A stretch of 64,000 nt of DNA from Stegostoma tigrinum (lineage: Eukaryota). The notes beneath the pieces are model-generated. The model ran no database searches. It saw nothing but the letters and a program-made list of their open reading frames with translations, and had not been told where the DNA came from. The stretch lies in contig NC_081363.1 of the NCBI RefSeq assembly GCF_030684315.1, positions 47,443,540-47,507,539 on the forward strand. The letters run 5' to 3'. The position numbers and the translations under genes are program-made. How positions within the stretch are numbered: position 1 is the stretch's first letter; each line of letters starts with the position of its first letter. This document shows positions 12,380 to 24,960 of the stretch, piece after piece.

Positions 12380-12636
12380 ACTGACACGACAGGCCGAATG
12401 GCCTCTGCACCACTCCCCCCCGACAAATTCTGTGATGATGCCTCAAGCAGGGTTTGACCTCACAGCCTAACCGAGAGGCCGGTTAACCATTTAGCTAGAA
12501 CTCTCAGGGCGTCGAAATGCAGTTGCCGCTGGTCAGAGCTGAAGGAAACGCGTTTGGTTGTGTCTGACTCTCTGTGCTTGCCGTCGGGTCGCTGCTGTCA
12601 GGAGCCGGTAGGGGTGGGGGCAGGTGGCGGAGCCTG
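12380..12636 (+). promoter_or_regulatory. CGRRF1: CGRRF1 promoter / 5' UTR
   Basis: Locally CpG- and G-rich sequence immediately upstream of the ATG. The TSS cannot be determined from sequence. Confidence 0.5.
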
Positions 12637-12740
12637 ATGGCTGCGGTCTTCCTGGTGATGTTGTATGAATACTCGCCACTCTTCTACATAACCCTCATCT
12701 TCTTGTGCTTCTTTGTAACCACCGCCGTCATACTGGGATG
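12637..12740 (+). CDS. CGRRF1: Cell growth regulator with RING finger domain 1, exon 1
   Basis: MAAVFLVMLYEYSPLFYITLIFLCFFVTTAVILG(W), closely similar to the human N-terminus with its TM segment. GTAAGT donor. Confidence 0.95.
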
Positions 12741-12833
12741 GTAAGTGTCGCCAATAAGGCGCCCCGTGGATAAAAGTTGCTGGTCCCGGCGTCCTGATAG
12801 CCGTGAAGATGTCACTTTTATTCTCCAAAACAG

Positions 12834-12973
12834 GTTTGTTTGGGATATTCCCGTTATTATCCGGAATTCGGAGGAGACCGAGTCCGGGGCCACAGTGCAA
12901 AAAAAACGCATGGTGCAGGTGAAAAACCCATTCGCATTGGAGGTTTTGAACACCGATACTGCATCAGTTATAG
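12834..12973 (+). CDS. CGRRF1: CGRRF1 exon 2 (140 nt)
   Basis: cag acceptor, FVWDIPVIIRNSEETESGATVQKKRMVQVKNPFALEVLNTDTASVI, GTAATT donor. Confidence 0.95.
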
Positions 12974-15619
12974 GTAATTACTTTGTCTTAAATGGTATCT
13001 GAGTGTGTAACGCTGCAAGAAACATTTGGACACTTGCTTTGTGTTCAAAACATTGGCTGATGAGTAACCAGAGTCGATATTAATATCCACTTTCTCTGAT
13101 CGATTCTAACTGAGTTGATGGATTTTGTTCACACACACACTTTACTTTCTTAAAACCGGTTAAAAAGGAAACATCCCATCTATTATGTTGAAATATTAGT
13201 CTTTGTTATTGGAATGTCTGTCAGTGCCGCCACGTTTTGCATGTTGTTTCCCAATTCTTCTTGGATAAATATTTGCACCATACATCAAACCTGTTGGAAA
13301 TAGTTTTGCAGCAGTTTGTATTTCAATTTAAGATAGTAATTTGGTCAGCCAGGTTCTTGAGCTCCACCCCAATCATTGTTATTGTTTACCTCCAGACTAG
13401 CCGAGAACTGTTTAGGGCGGTTGATAGACCTGCAATAGCATGTTAATATTGTGACACAAGAGTTAACCACTTACAGTGGCTGAAGTTTTTGGAATGTAAT
13501 GATGCATATTGGTTAGTAAAATATTCAGGGATTTGTGGTAAAGAGTTGTGGCATGAGTTCTGATTTTCCACACATTGCTGGAGATCTTTACTGGATGATC
13601 TTTTGCCATTAGCTTTAGCAAAATTAGTCAAGTTCCCATTGTAACACAAGACTATTGAAATTCATTGCATGCCATAAAATATTTTGATTTATGTATTTTG
13701 TCGTTGCTGTTTAGGGTTGATAATTAATGTTGTAAGGACTATGTTAATAATGTGATTTAAACCTTGATGAGACACTCGTCAAACCAATAAGTAGGGCAGT
13801 GAGGCTGTAGGCATCACTAATAAGTTTAGTGAATTATACCGAGACAGTTTTACATTTTTTTATCAGCCTTGACAATATTTTTGTGCCAATACTCCCAATA
13901 TGCATGCCTGTTATTGTGGGAGGAGCTGTGTAAGCACAGAATACAAAATAAGCACCTTCTTTAGAAAATAATTTTGCAACATATTGTATGTAATGAAGGT
14001 TCATTATCATTCTTCGAAAAATTGGGTTCTAAAATGGACAGAGCCGTGCGTGGCTTTAAAGTGGATTTGTACTTCTTTGGCGTGTTCAGCAGGAGGTAAA
14101 TAGTTTTAGTTTAATCTTTTAAGTTCTGTTGAATGACACTGGCTTGACTTGAAATCTGATTACATCCATTGAAATCAGGCTTTTAATTTTTTGAGGGTGA
14201 ATAGATCAGTGCTCGGAAAGAAGTAGAAGAGCTGCAAATAAATGTGCTATTGTCTAGTGCCAGAGTGTCCTCTAAATGAGGGAGACAATTAGAAGGACAG
14301 AACCACCCAGAAAGTTAATGTGTCTGCAGATTTCTTTCAGAGCAAGGCATTTCATGACAGTATTGGCCAGTATTAACAGAAATGCTCATTTAACAGTTTG
14401 CCAAACAATCAGAGCAGTATTAGTTAAGCCCTGTGTGGTTCAAAGTCAGAAGCAGAAGGCAGTTTAAGGAACCCATCATAATAAATAAATGAGTTGTGTT
14501 AGCTGTTTGTTTGAGGGTCTGAACTGCAGCTTGCCCACTGAACAAGGAAATTCAAAGTGGAAGGGTATCTCTTCACAAATTTGAGTATCTGTAAGAATGT
14601 TGTTGGGAGTAAAATGTTTGAACCTTCGTTTGTAATCTAATAAAAAGCATTTTAAATAATTCTTGCATAGTGTAAACAGGGTTCATTTTTAACTTGTATC
14701 TAATAAACTTTTGTTCTTTTCTGAAAGGTACATTGACAGCACGTTGTGAAAATGTTCAATGGCTGACCATTATGAGCAACAAATTGTAACAATAAAACTA
14801 AAGTTAAAATAAAAGCTGTGTTTCACTCTGGAACCTAACATGTCCAGAATTACTACTGGCTGGAATCATAATACATATGACTAGTTTGTAACAAATAATA
14901 AGTAACATAATATGATAGTTGTAGAATGAGTGAAAAGAAGTGACTTTGAATCTGTTGTTCCTCAAAATACCCACTGGAATTGTCTTAGCCTCATGTTTGG
15001 GTATGTTGTGAACTAATTGATAGAGGTTGACTGCTAGCAATCACATTATCATTTTATGATAATACAGCTGTTAGGATTTAAGTTTATTTCCAGGTTTATT
15101 TTGGTGGAAGTTTATTAGCATGTGCCCCTTTTTTAAGAACCTCCATGTAAGTGACTGATTTGAAACCTGTCATTGTTGGTTAATAAATGATTTTGAAGGT
15201 GAACGCGATGGACCTTGACCTAGCAATTCATTTCAATTTCTGCATTCACATTAAAATAATTCCTGTGATTCCTAACCATGAGAGATACCTGGAGCCACTG
15301 GTCCTGTGTATCACGGGTAAAAAATGTTAGACATTTTTCATTCCTACCCTTTGTTCATTAACTGCTGATGAACTAAAGCATCAATTCCCAAACATTACTG
15401 GACTGCAATGACCTCTTCTGGTTATTCTATTTGATTTATGTTTCTCCCTATTACCTCTCTTATTTTTGTCTGTGCCTGTCTCAACCTGCTTTCGTCTTGT
15501 GGATTCTTTATTTCTATTATGTCTAATTTTCCTCAAAATCACCTCCTTTCCCTCTGTTGTTGATTATTGTTCCTTTCTGCATTAGTTTTTCATTGGTCAA
15601 GGAGATTTATTTTATTGTG

Positions 15620-16310
15620 CCAAACAGTTTAACGCAGCACAGGAACAGATCCTTGGGCCCACCAAGCCTGTGCTGATTCTAATCGTTATTTAGACCTGCT
15701 ATTATTGCCCTTGTGCATGTCCTATCCCACTGTTCACTTCCCATTCATGTGCCTATCAAGATATGCCTTAAATATTGCTAACAAGCCTGTTACCACCACC
15801 TCCACTAGCAGTGTGTTCCAGTCACTCACCACCCTCTTTGTCAAAACATTTCTCTCCTAAACTTGTCCCCTCTCGCCTTGAACCTGTGTTTTCTTGTAGT
15901 TGACCTTTCCACCTTGGGGGAAAAAAGCCTCTGACTATCCAGCCTATCTATGCCTATCATAATTTGGTAGACGTCTATCAGGTTGCCCCTCAACCTCTTT
16001 CCAGCGAAAGCAATGAGAGTTTACCCATCTTCTCTTCGTAACTAAAACCCTCCAGACCAAGCACCATCCTGGTAAAACTCCTCTGCACTTCCTGCAAAAC
16101 ATCCATGTCCTTCTGGTAGTATGGTGAATGGAACTGCATGCAATATTCTAAATGCTGCCTAACAAAAGTTTTGTACAGCTAACCTAACTTGCCATCTTTT
16201 ATATTCAGACACCTAACTGATGAAGGCAAGCGTGCTGTATGCTTTCTTGATCACCTTATCCAGCCACTTTCAGGGATCCATGGACCTGTAAGCTCAGATC
16301 CTTCTCTGTC
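15620..16310 (-). mobile_element. CR1-like LINE 3' fragment
   Basis: Reverse strand resembles CR1 ORF2 C-terminal coding sequence (LEYCMQF.SPYYQKD, RVVSDWN) and 3' UTR. Confidence 0.7.
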
Positions 16311-17004
16311 GAAATGTTCACGCTGTCTCAGATTTGTCATTCATGTTGCTGTACTGTTCATGTTTCAGTGGCCAATAAATTTTCAGTTTAAAATATAATC
16401 CAGTTTCTACAGAGACATAGAAAGTCTAGTTCACCACAAAACATAGCATTACAGCAATTTCTTACGGAAGGATAAATTTTAGGCATAGCCTTACGCAGTA
16501 CCCAACAGTGGTGAAATTAAAATAAAATTCATTTGAGGCTCCCAACTGATCATAGTTTTTTTTTAATCCAGTTATCACTTGGAAGCATTTTTGGGTCTGT
16601 AGCATGAATTGGATTCATTAGTCTTTTTAAATACAAGAGCAGTTGTCTGTTGAATCTCAGCGCTCAGCAATTCTCTATAATGATGGCCAATGTGTATAAA
16701 TTTCGCCCCTGCCTCCTTTGGTATCTTAGGGTTTACGTACTGCTTGGGCATTGGAATTGTTTGTTTGTTGATCCATCTGATTTACCTTATTTAATGATAC
16801 ATCCAGATTAAATCAATTTGATATTTAAATTATTTTACTTTTTTAACTTCTGTATATTTTCACTTTCTAACTTCTACACTCATTTTATTGTAATAGTGGA
16901 AGAATTTTTCTGTAATATGTATAACATTCTTAGCTTCCTTTAATCTCAAGCCTTTGTTGCTTTCACAATATTTTTCAGCTACTTTGGTAAATTCATGTAT
17001 AGTA

Positions 17005-17245
17005 CATAGAACATTACAGGACCTTCGGCCGTCGAAGTTGTGCCGACCTGTCATACCGATCTCAAGCCCATCTAACCTACACTATTCCATGTACGTCCAT
17101 ATGCTTGTCCAATGATGACTTAAGTGTACTTAAAGTTGGCGAATCTACTACCGTTGCAGGCAAAGCATTCCATTCCCTTACTACTCTCTGAGTAAAGAAA
17201 CTACCTCTGACATCTGTCCTATATCTTTCACCCCTCAATTTAAAG
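17005..17245 (-). mobile_element. Relatively intact CR1-like LINE 3' end
   Basis: [29 protein letters not shown] in ORF 17077-17307, with an (acatagaac) tail. Confidence 0.85.
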
Positions 17246-17390
17246 CACACGACTCCAGCCAATATGACCTGATGAAGGAGCAGTGCTCCAAAAACTTGTG
17301 ATTTCAAATAAACCCGTTGGAATATAGCCTGGTGTCATGTGATTTCTGACCTTGTCCATACCAGTCCAATACCAGCACTGCTACATCATA
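17246..17390 (+). mobile_element. Penelope-like repeat (family B) with degenerate hammerhead core
   Basis: CTGATGA-a-GGAGC-agt-GCTCC-aAAA at 17269-17293. Downstream sequence is homologous to 29430-29555. Confidence 0.65.
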
Positions 17391-20300
17391 CAGGTTGTAT
17401 GGCAGTTTTTAAGGCTCAATGCACCATTTTAAAAAAGTCACTTACAATTGAATGACAAGCCTAACTTTTTCTGGGGTTTCTGGTGTTTGAGGTTTGTTTA
17501 ATTATATGTATAACAGCTTCATACAACAGCTTGTTAGTAAATGCCAAATATTTTAAAATCAGTACCACAAAGCTTTTGGAGGAACAATCTCCTGACTTTG
17601 ACATGTAACTACATTTGTGTGGAAGCCAGAAATTGTTGTCAATTTACTGCTTAGTAACAGCAAGTTCTGCCAAGGTTACAAGAGCTGTAATTGGGATGAA
17701 TTGAAGAAATTAATATTGAATTCTTAAGCCTGGAATACAAAATTGTTCACAATTTGGTATAAAGGTCAATATAACTCAAAATAGGTTCGTTAGTTTAGAA
17801 AATGGAAAATTCAAATAAGTGCAAATAACTTAAGAAGTGAGACAAACACAAGAAACAATGGGGCAAGTTAGCAGGTCTCGCAGCACCTATGGAGGGAAAA
17901 ACAGTGTTTTTGTTTTGGAATTCCAGCATCTAATGCTTTTCTCTAATGCACTGAATTTTGTGTAAACTTCTCATATTTCTCCCACACTTTGTAGATTTTG
18001 AGTTATTTCCTTTGTATTTCACATTTTTAACTGTTGTCATTCAGATTAGGGAAATTGTATTTAACTTAAATTTATTTTGATTGTAGGCTTACTGCGTTCA
18101 TGGATGTGACTTTGTACAAGGACCCTCCTCATTTCATTTTGACTTCTCTGCAGCCTTTGACTTGGCTGATTGCAATAGCCTGGTCAAGCAGACCTTCTTT
18201 ATTGTTCAGAGAGTGAAAACTTCTTATAATTTTGTTTTCACTGATGCTGTCATAGCCAGGGAGACTTCTGCAATGCCTCTTTCTGTCCCTGCATTGTTGC
18301 TCCAAAGGTCTGTGCTTGGGAGCGTCCTATTACTCATACATGTTACCATTCAACAGCAACATCCAGTGACGAGGTGTCATGCTCTACATGTGTGGTGACA
18401 ATACCCAACTCTAGTCACCACCACTGCTGTTGATCTTTCTGCTCCCTCTGCTGTTAGACAGCTTGTCGGACACAATCCAGGATGAACCAAAGTTTTCTGC
18501 AACAAAATGTTGGGCAGACCAATGGAGCTGTCTTCAGGCCCACTGCAAACTCTGTTTTCCCATGCTCTTGCTATTTCTGTTATTTTTGCCTTTTCCGTCA
18601 TACACATACACTGAGCTCTTTCTCAAAATACATCTGCTTAACTGTCAATTATCCAAAATACCTTTGCTTTACTACTACTGTCTGGAGGGAGAAGGCTTCT
18701 TGCTTTTAATTGATCTTATTTTCTTAGCTTCACGTTTTTTAACCTGGCCATGTCATCTGCGTCCTATTCTTTTAACATTGTGCTCTCGGATTTTTCTGTT
18801 TTTGTTTCTATGAGACCACTAAAGCTGGAACTGAGGCACTTTTAGCCAAATATTGTAATTTGCTTTGGAAAATATAAATCATATCCAAAGATCATAAAGT
18901 AAAAATGCTGGAAGTTGGCATGCTAGCTGTGGAATAGGTTTGACAACATGTCTACCATGTTGGAAGCAGGGCCTGGGAGGAGACGACAAAGGTTGACAAA
19001 ATTAAAGTACCTAATTAGTAGTTCGGCGTCTTTTTACTGAATAGTTTTTTTTCTACTTTTATATTTTATTAAATTCTCCTAATAGTTTGGGAATGAAACT
19101 TGAGAGGTCTCAAAAATGATAACTTTGAATTAAGTGTGGCATGGCTAAAGTTACTGCCTGGAGATTAAGATCTTAAGCAGAAGACGAGAGCATCATGCGT
19201 GTTTCTTAAGTAAAGTTTTGGCTTGAAAACAGAGGTAAGGTAAATGTGTATCCTCTTCTCAACCAATTGGATGGAATTTATGTCCAAAATTAAGCTTGAC
19301 AGTAGGCTATCTTTTCTCTTCTATTTTGAATCTAAAGTTCTTCAGACTGACTTTGCTTGCTTACCTGAAATGAGTCTGAAAAGTTTTCAAAACATGTACT
19401 ACTATGAAAGCCACGCTATGAAAACAAAATGCCATTCAGCACTAACTGCAACTTTAGTTCTGGGGATGTAAAGATTCATAACAAATAGACATGCTATGTG
19501 AGCAGTTGAAGATTCGCTTCTGCTTCTGGATTAAGTACATTGTTTGAGTCATGCATAAGGAAAATAACCACAAATCTAATTACTGACAATGAAATTCTTT
19601 CTTGCATCTTAGGAGCATAAAAAGCTGAACCATCCCCAGAATGAAATTGTACCAACTCAGTATCTGTTGGTTCACAAATTGAACAATTATAATCTCAGGT
19701 TACTTGGCTGTAGTTGCAAGGAATTATTGAATTTTATGATATACATAATTAGATGCAAAATTGCACTTGGATTCTTCTTAGGCAGCCCTTTGGGAGCAAG
19801 GATGACTTTCTTCCACTTCATTGTTGTGGGTGCTGAGGTGACTAAATAATCTAATACGCAGCTTGATCTGCACGTGCTGCTACAGACTGGGCAAGTGGTG
19901 TTTGCTGAAGCGGGTGGGTGGAATGTTCAGGATTTCACATTCAAATTGCTACTAGATTTTATAATGCAATCGCTGGCCTTCAGATAATGAGAAGTGTATC
20001 TCTTCATGACTGACACCTTCAAGGAAGAAGAGTGAAAAGTAGGAGGGGAGGCTGAAGAAAGTATATGTTCTCATACTAGCAAGAGATACTCCAGAGTCAA
20101 CGTTTTGCTGAGTTCCGGGCCTTGGTTGTGTTGCTTATGAAGTGGGGGAAATTTGCCATTGATTTACTGTCATGCTTGCCTAAAAGTTGGCCCTGGAAGC
20201 TTTATCACATCTTCTGTGGAGAAGAGAGGAAAAAGCTGAAAATGCAGGTTAATTAAAGAGGTTAAAATGCAATCAAAAATTCCTGTGCATCCACAGCTTG

Positions 20301-21473
20301 TTTTCTGAAGGTACAGGTAAATTTCTTGCTCGTGTGCTTATTTGTTACTTGGTCAGATTATTTCTTTTCAGCTGTGGAATTTCTGCACTTCTAAAAGTAG
20401 TAAAGTATTTTCAAAAGTTTGGCAAGGAGCTTGTTCCTTTTTTTAATAATATTGCTCATTTGAAGAGTAAATATGATCATACCGGCATTAAAACTGTCTT
20501 GTTTTTACAGCTAAAAGGGATGTGGTCCTTGTTTAAATCAATATTCTGTACTTTATAATAAGACTAACATTGAAGGTTTTAACTCCGGGATACAGACTTA
20601 GAAATATACAATTTTTATTCTCAATTTTTGGGGTTGTATGAATTTTTAAAGAATAATTACTGTGGAAAACCTCTGTGTTTTGAATAGTTTAACATCATTT
20701 TCATTTGAACTAACCAGCTTTGTCTTGCTATCAATTCTCACTTGCAAAACTTTGTTGTAAATTTATTTAGTTTCTAAATCCTACCTATTTTCTAACATAC
20801 AATGTATTTACTGGACAGTAGATCATAAATACCAAGTTACATGGCTCAACATAACCTTAATACTTCAGAGTTTTGTGATGTCTGTCTGTCTTTCTTTCTT
20901 TTGGTTTATGAGATGCTTTTCTTTGATTGGATAACGAGATAAAAATCTAAGTCACAGTCTCTGTGGCCAATTACTGCCATTGCTGTTTTCTACTTGTGTC
21001 CCTCATTCTGCTTCTGGCCTTTATTTTATTTCCTTTGCCATTAACATGGATACTTGCCTCACTTTCCTTCAGTCTCACCAAGAAACTATCATTACTTCCT
21101 TATTCCTATTGTATTTAAATTTGTTTCTGCTACGTCAAGGTATAGTGTTGTATTTACCTGAAAATGCAATAGCTATGGTCAATGTGAACGAATCAACTGA
21201 CTGCAGTGCGCAGGAGATGATAGTGTTGGAATATGCACAAGAAACACACAAACTTATTTTCACTTTGTGGTAGTGGAAAGAGGAATAAGGTTCACCAGTT
21301 CTGTTACTAAATCAAATCAGTTTTTTTGCAAGGTACTAACTTTATAAGTCCTGTTGAAAAATTAATTTCTCAGTAACTGTTTTTAATGTACTACTCAGCA
21401 AGCTTGTCTGTGTTCAGAATGCTTTGGACATAATTTGCTACCTCTGCAAAAAATTTCTACATTACCTTTGCAG

Positions 21474-21651
21474 GTGGAGTAAGTCTCAAATCTCATTGCA
21501 TAGAGAAATGCATTTTGACTGTCTACTGGGGATGCAATGTTCATAAACTTCATGACGGATTACAAAAACATGTTTACAGCTTCAGAATAAAGGTGCCCCA
21601 GAAACTAGAAGAAGCCATAGATCGAGAATATCTCCATAAAGAGACATTTCT
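21474..21651 (+). CDS. CGRRF1: CGRRF1 exon 3 (178 nt)
   Basis: tttgcag acceptor, GVSLKSHCIEKCILTVYWGCNVHKLHDGLQKHVYSFRIKVPQKLEEAIDREYLHKETF(L), then GTATCCTTT. Confidence 0.95.
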
Positions 21652-22940
21652 GTATCCTTTTCCTGAACTTCTGATGGACAAGTCAGAATCTGTTACGTAC
21701 CTATCAGAGTTATGAATAATGTTAACTAATGTTAGATGGCATGCAGAAACAACAACTGACTTGCATAATGTTTTCAATGTAATAAAATATTTTTCACAGA
21801 AGCTCATATAAAAAAAGTGTGACACTGAGCAACGTGCAGATATTAGTTTCGGATTACCAAAGTTTGGTCAAAGAAGTAGGTTTTGAGAAGTGCCCTAAAG
21901 AAAGAAAGTCAGGTAGAGAAGCTGAAAAGCACAGGGAGGGTGCCCAAACCTGGAAGTACAGGCAACTGAGGGGATGTACAACAGGTCAGAATTAGATGAG
22001 TGCATATATCTTTCGGATTTATGGGGATAAAGGATATCATAGATTAGGACTGCATACAGGAGTCATGAAGTCTTGCTTCAGTTGAAGTCACCTTAGACTT
22101 TGCTTGAAGTATTGTGGGTAATTTTGGTCTCCTTACCAGGAAAGATGGTTCCATAGAGGGGGTGCAGTAGAGGTTGACCAGACTTGTTCCCAAGATGATG
22201 TGGCTGGCCAATGAAGGAAATTGTGTAAAGTGGGCTGAGATACTCCAGAGTTTTGAAGAATGAAAGGTGATCTAATTGAAATTTACAAAATACTTCAAGG
22301 AATAAACTGGGTTAATGAATGCAGGATGATTTCCTTGGGTGGGGTGTCTGGAACTGGGGGTGCTGGTGGGGTAACAATTTCAAGTTATGGGGGGGGGGAT
22401 ACCATTCAGGACCAAGATGAGAATTTCCTTTTTACTCTGAGAGTGGTGAATCTTTGGAATTCTATACTTGAGGGCTACAGAAGCTTAGTCTTTGAATGTA
22501 CGTAAAGTAGAGGTGGATAACTCTCCATGCCATTGATAAATAAAAATTTATGGGCTAAGTGCGGATGTAAGACAGTGAAATATTCAATCAGCCGTGACCA
22601 CGTTCAGTGGGAGAACAGGTTTGATGGTCCAAATGACCTACTATTTTGCTATATTTCTGCAAGTTAGACTATTAAACCACCCCCACCCATCCCCACTTGG
22701 GACCCGAAAGCTCTGCATTTCTGAAGGATCGCTGACTGGAATCTCCTTTTAGAAATGCAGTGCTCTTTCTTCACGTTCCTTTAAAAATGTGGAGTGGCAA
22801 CCACACAGATTGGAAAATCATTCTAAACTGTTTGCTTTAAAATAAACTGGAAAGTCAAATAACAAAGAATTTGTCTTACAACATTACAATTAGAACTCAT
22901 AATATATTTCAGAATTAATTTCTTTATCATATTGTACTAG
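21652..22940 (+). other. CGRRF1: U12-type GT-AG intron (CGRRF1 intron 3)
   Basis: 5' splice site GTATCCTTT matches the U12 consensus. Degenerate branch point TTTCTTTATC at 22919-22928, 12 nt before the end of the TAG acceptor, with no strong polypyrimidine tract in between. Confidence 0.85.
22040..22660 (+). mobile_element. CR1-like LINE 3' fragment inside the U12 intron
   Basis: MKGDLIEIYKILQG and FTLRVVNLWNS in ORF 22260-22505. Confidence 0.75.
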
Positions 22941-23088
22941 CATTGAGAAACAAAATGACGATGAAAAATTCTCTCAGCTACCTAAATATTTAGCAGTAAA
23001 AGATTTTGGGAATCTGCCTCGAACACGATATCCACTAGTAGCATTGTTAACTTTAGCAGACGAGGAAGACCGGGATATTTATGAAATT
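22941..23088 (+). CDS. CGRRF1: CGRRF1 exon 4 (148 nt)
   Basis: IEKQNDDEKFSQLPKYLAVKDFGNLPRTRYPLVALLTLADEEDRDIYEI, GTAAGT donor. Confidence 0.95.
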
Positions 23089-23624
23089 GTAAGTATCTTT
23101 ATTTTTATAAAGAAAAAGGGTTAAATGCTAACTGAAAAATATTTTTGACTGCTAATCTCCTCAGCAGATGGCAACATATTCTGAGCTATTGTAACACTGC
23201 TTCAGAAGTCTGTGATGATTTGCTGAAGTAGTAACATTGAGCCTAGCCTTGGTGTTAGCAGATTATTCAAACCACAATTTGATGCTTCGTTTTTCAAACC
23301 TTCTTTTTTTTTCCCCCCTCCCTTATCTTTTTCTGCTCTAGTTAGTCTGAGACTGAAAGTCAGTTGTGCCATCCTGCAACCTTGGAGTGAGAGAACATAG
23401 TGTTAAATTGTATTAGTTTAAATTTTGTGTTCAGAACACAGTTTTAAAAATGCTTACAAATATTTCAGGCTTTCTAGTGGTATTACTCAAACTTCAATTT
23501 GATACAATTTAAGAAAAATATGCATCAGACTACCAGAAGAAATTCAACCTGTTTCAATATTTTTGTTGCTGTGTATACATTTAATCAGAAAATTTCACAA
23601 TATATGTGGATCCTATATTTTCAG

Positions 23625-23732
23625 GTTTCTATGGTCACAGTAATTCATGTTCCAGATGAGAAATACAGACTCACCTGCCGGATCTTATACCAGTATCTGC
23701 TGACTGCACAAGGTCACATATATGACCTTAAG
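23625..23732 (+). CDS. CGRRF1: CGRRF1 exon 5 (108 nt)
   Basis: ttttcag acceptor, VSMVTVIHVPDEKYRLTCRILYQYLLTAQGHIYDLK, GTAGGT donor. Confidence 0.95.
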
Positions 23733-24319
23733 GTAGGTCTGTGAGTTGTAGTGATTGTAGGAGAATGGAATCAACAATGTGTGCAAATATTTCTCATACG
23801 TTTGATTACAATGAGTACTCAAGAGTAAAATGCTGACATAACAATGGTTTACATGTGTAAAGATTATAGCTAACATTTTCAGCTTGTTTTCTCTGCTCTT
23901 TCCTGAGGAGAGATTGTTATTAAGCAGTTTGATTATGGAGAGAGAGGAAGAAGCATTATTGCTGATTCCCAAGATAAATAATAAAGACGTGAGCGAGTTT
24001 AGAAATAAGGTAAAATAACAATTAAGTCTGTGCAGTTCCTTATCAATATCGCAGTTAATATTGTGGGAGACTGGCATTCAGTTCCCTAATGGGGAGAAGA
24101 CAATGACTTAAAGATTTTGACTCCACTGTGGCTCAGTAGAGAACCCTTTCACCTCCGAGTCAGCAGGTTTTGGGTTTAAGTCCTGCTCCAGGGAATTCTT
24201 AAAATCTACCTCTTTTTTTTTTGTCCCCTAACAATATATCCTTGTTGTGCAGTATCGAAGGTTGGAAATAAATAGCACAAATTTCAGCTCAGTGAGGTTT
24301 TAAACAAAAAAAAAATTTA

Positions 24320-24960
24320 AGGGGAGGTTTTTTTGCCCTTTTCTAATTGCCCTTGAGAAAACAATAGTGTGCCGCGACCATGACCCATTACAGTCTGTGT
24401 AGCTTAGGTACACCGAGTGTTGTTCAGAAAGGAATTTCAGAATTTTCATCCAGTAATAGTGAGAGAACAGGTTTATATCATGAAGTTGTATAGCCTGGCA
24501 GTTTACAGTGTTCCCATGTCTCCCTTGTCCTTCTCGGTGGTAGAAGTTGCAGATTTGAAAAATGCTTTCAATGGAGTGCAGATAAAATGGGCTGTTCTGG
24601 AGCCACAGTCATCTATGAAAGTGGACAATATTCCAGTATCCTATTACGTTCCTGACATGTGCATTACATGAGTTACTTGCCTCAATTCCCAGACAGTAAC
24701 CTCTGCTTCTTAGCCACAGTAATTATATTGTTGGTCCATTTGAGTGTCTGGTCAATCGTAATTCCCAGGTTGTTGATCATAATGAATTCAATAATAATGA
24801 TTCTATTAACTATCAAAGAGAGGTGGTCAAATTCTATCATGTTACAGGTGGTCATTGGCTAGCATTTGTGTGATGCAAATGTTGCTTATTTGCTATAAGT
24901 TCAAGCTTGACTGTTGTCCAAGTCTTGTTGCATTTGGACGTGGACCGTTTCAGTATCCGA
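24320..24960 (-). mobile_element. Decayed L2/CR1-group LINE 3' fragment
   Basis: Reverse complement resembles 46390-47160. Confidence 0.55.

Noticed and set aside
12598-12953. Antisense ORFs over CGRRF1 exons 1-2
   Set aside because: They are shadow ORFs of GC-rich coding sequence with no independent support.
13730-14870. Possible solo LTR in CGRRF1 intron 2
   Set aside because: The composition and 3' end are suggestive, but I could not verify TG...CA termini, a TSD or a second copy.
18162-18813. Cluster of overlapping hydrophobic ORFs
   Set aside because: This is T-rich intronic sequence with no splice-consistent frame or recognisable homology.
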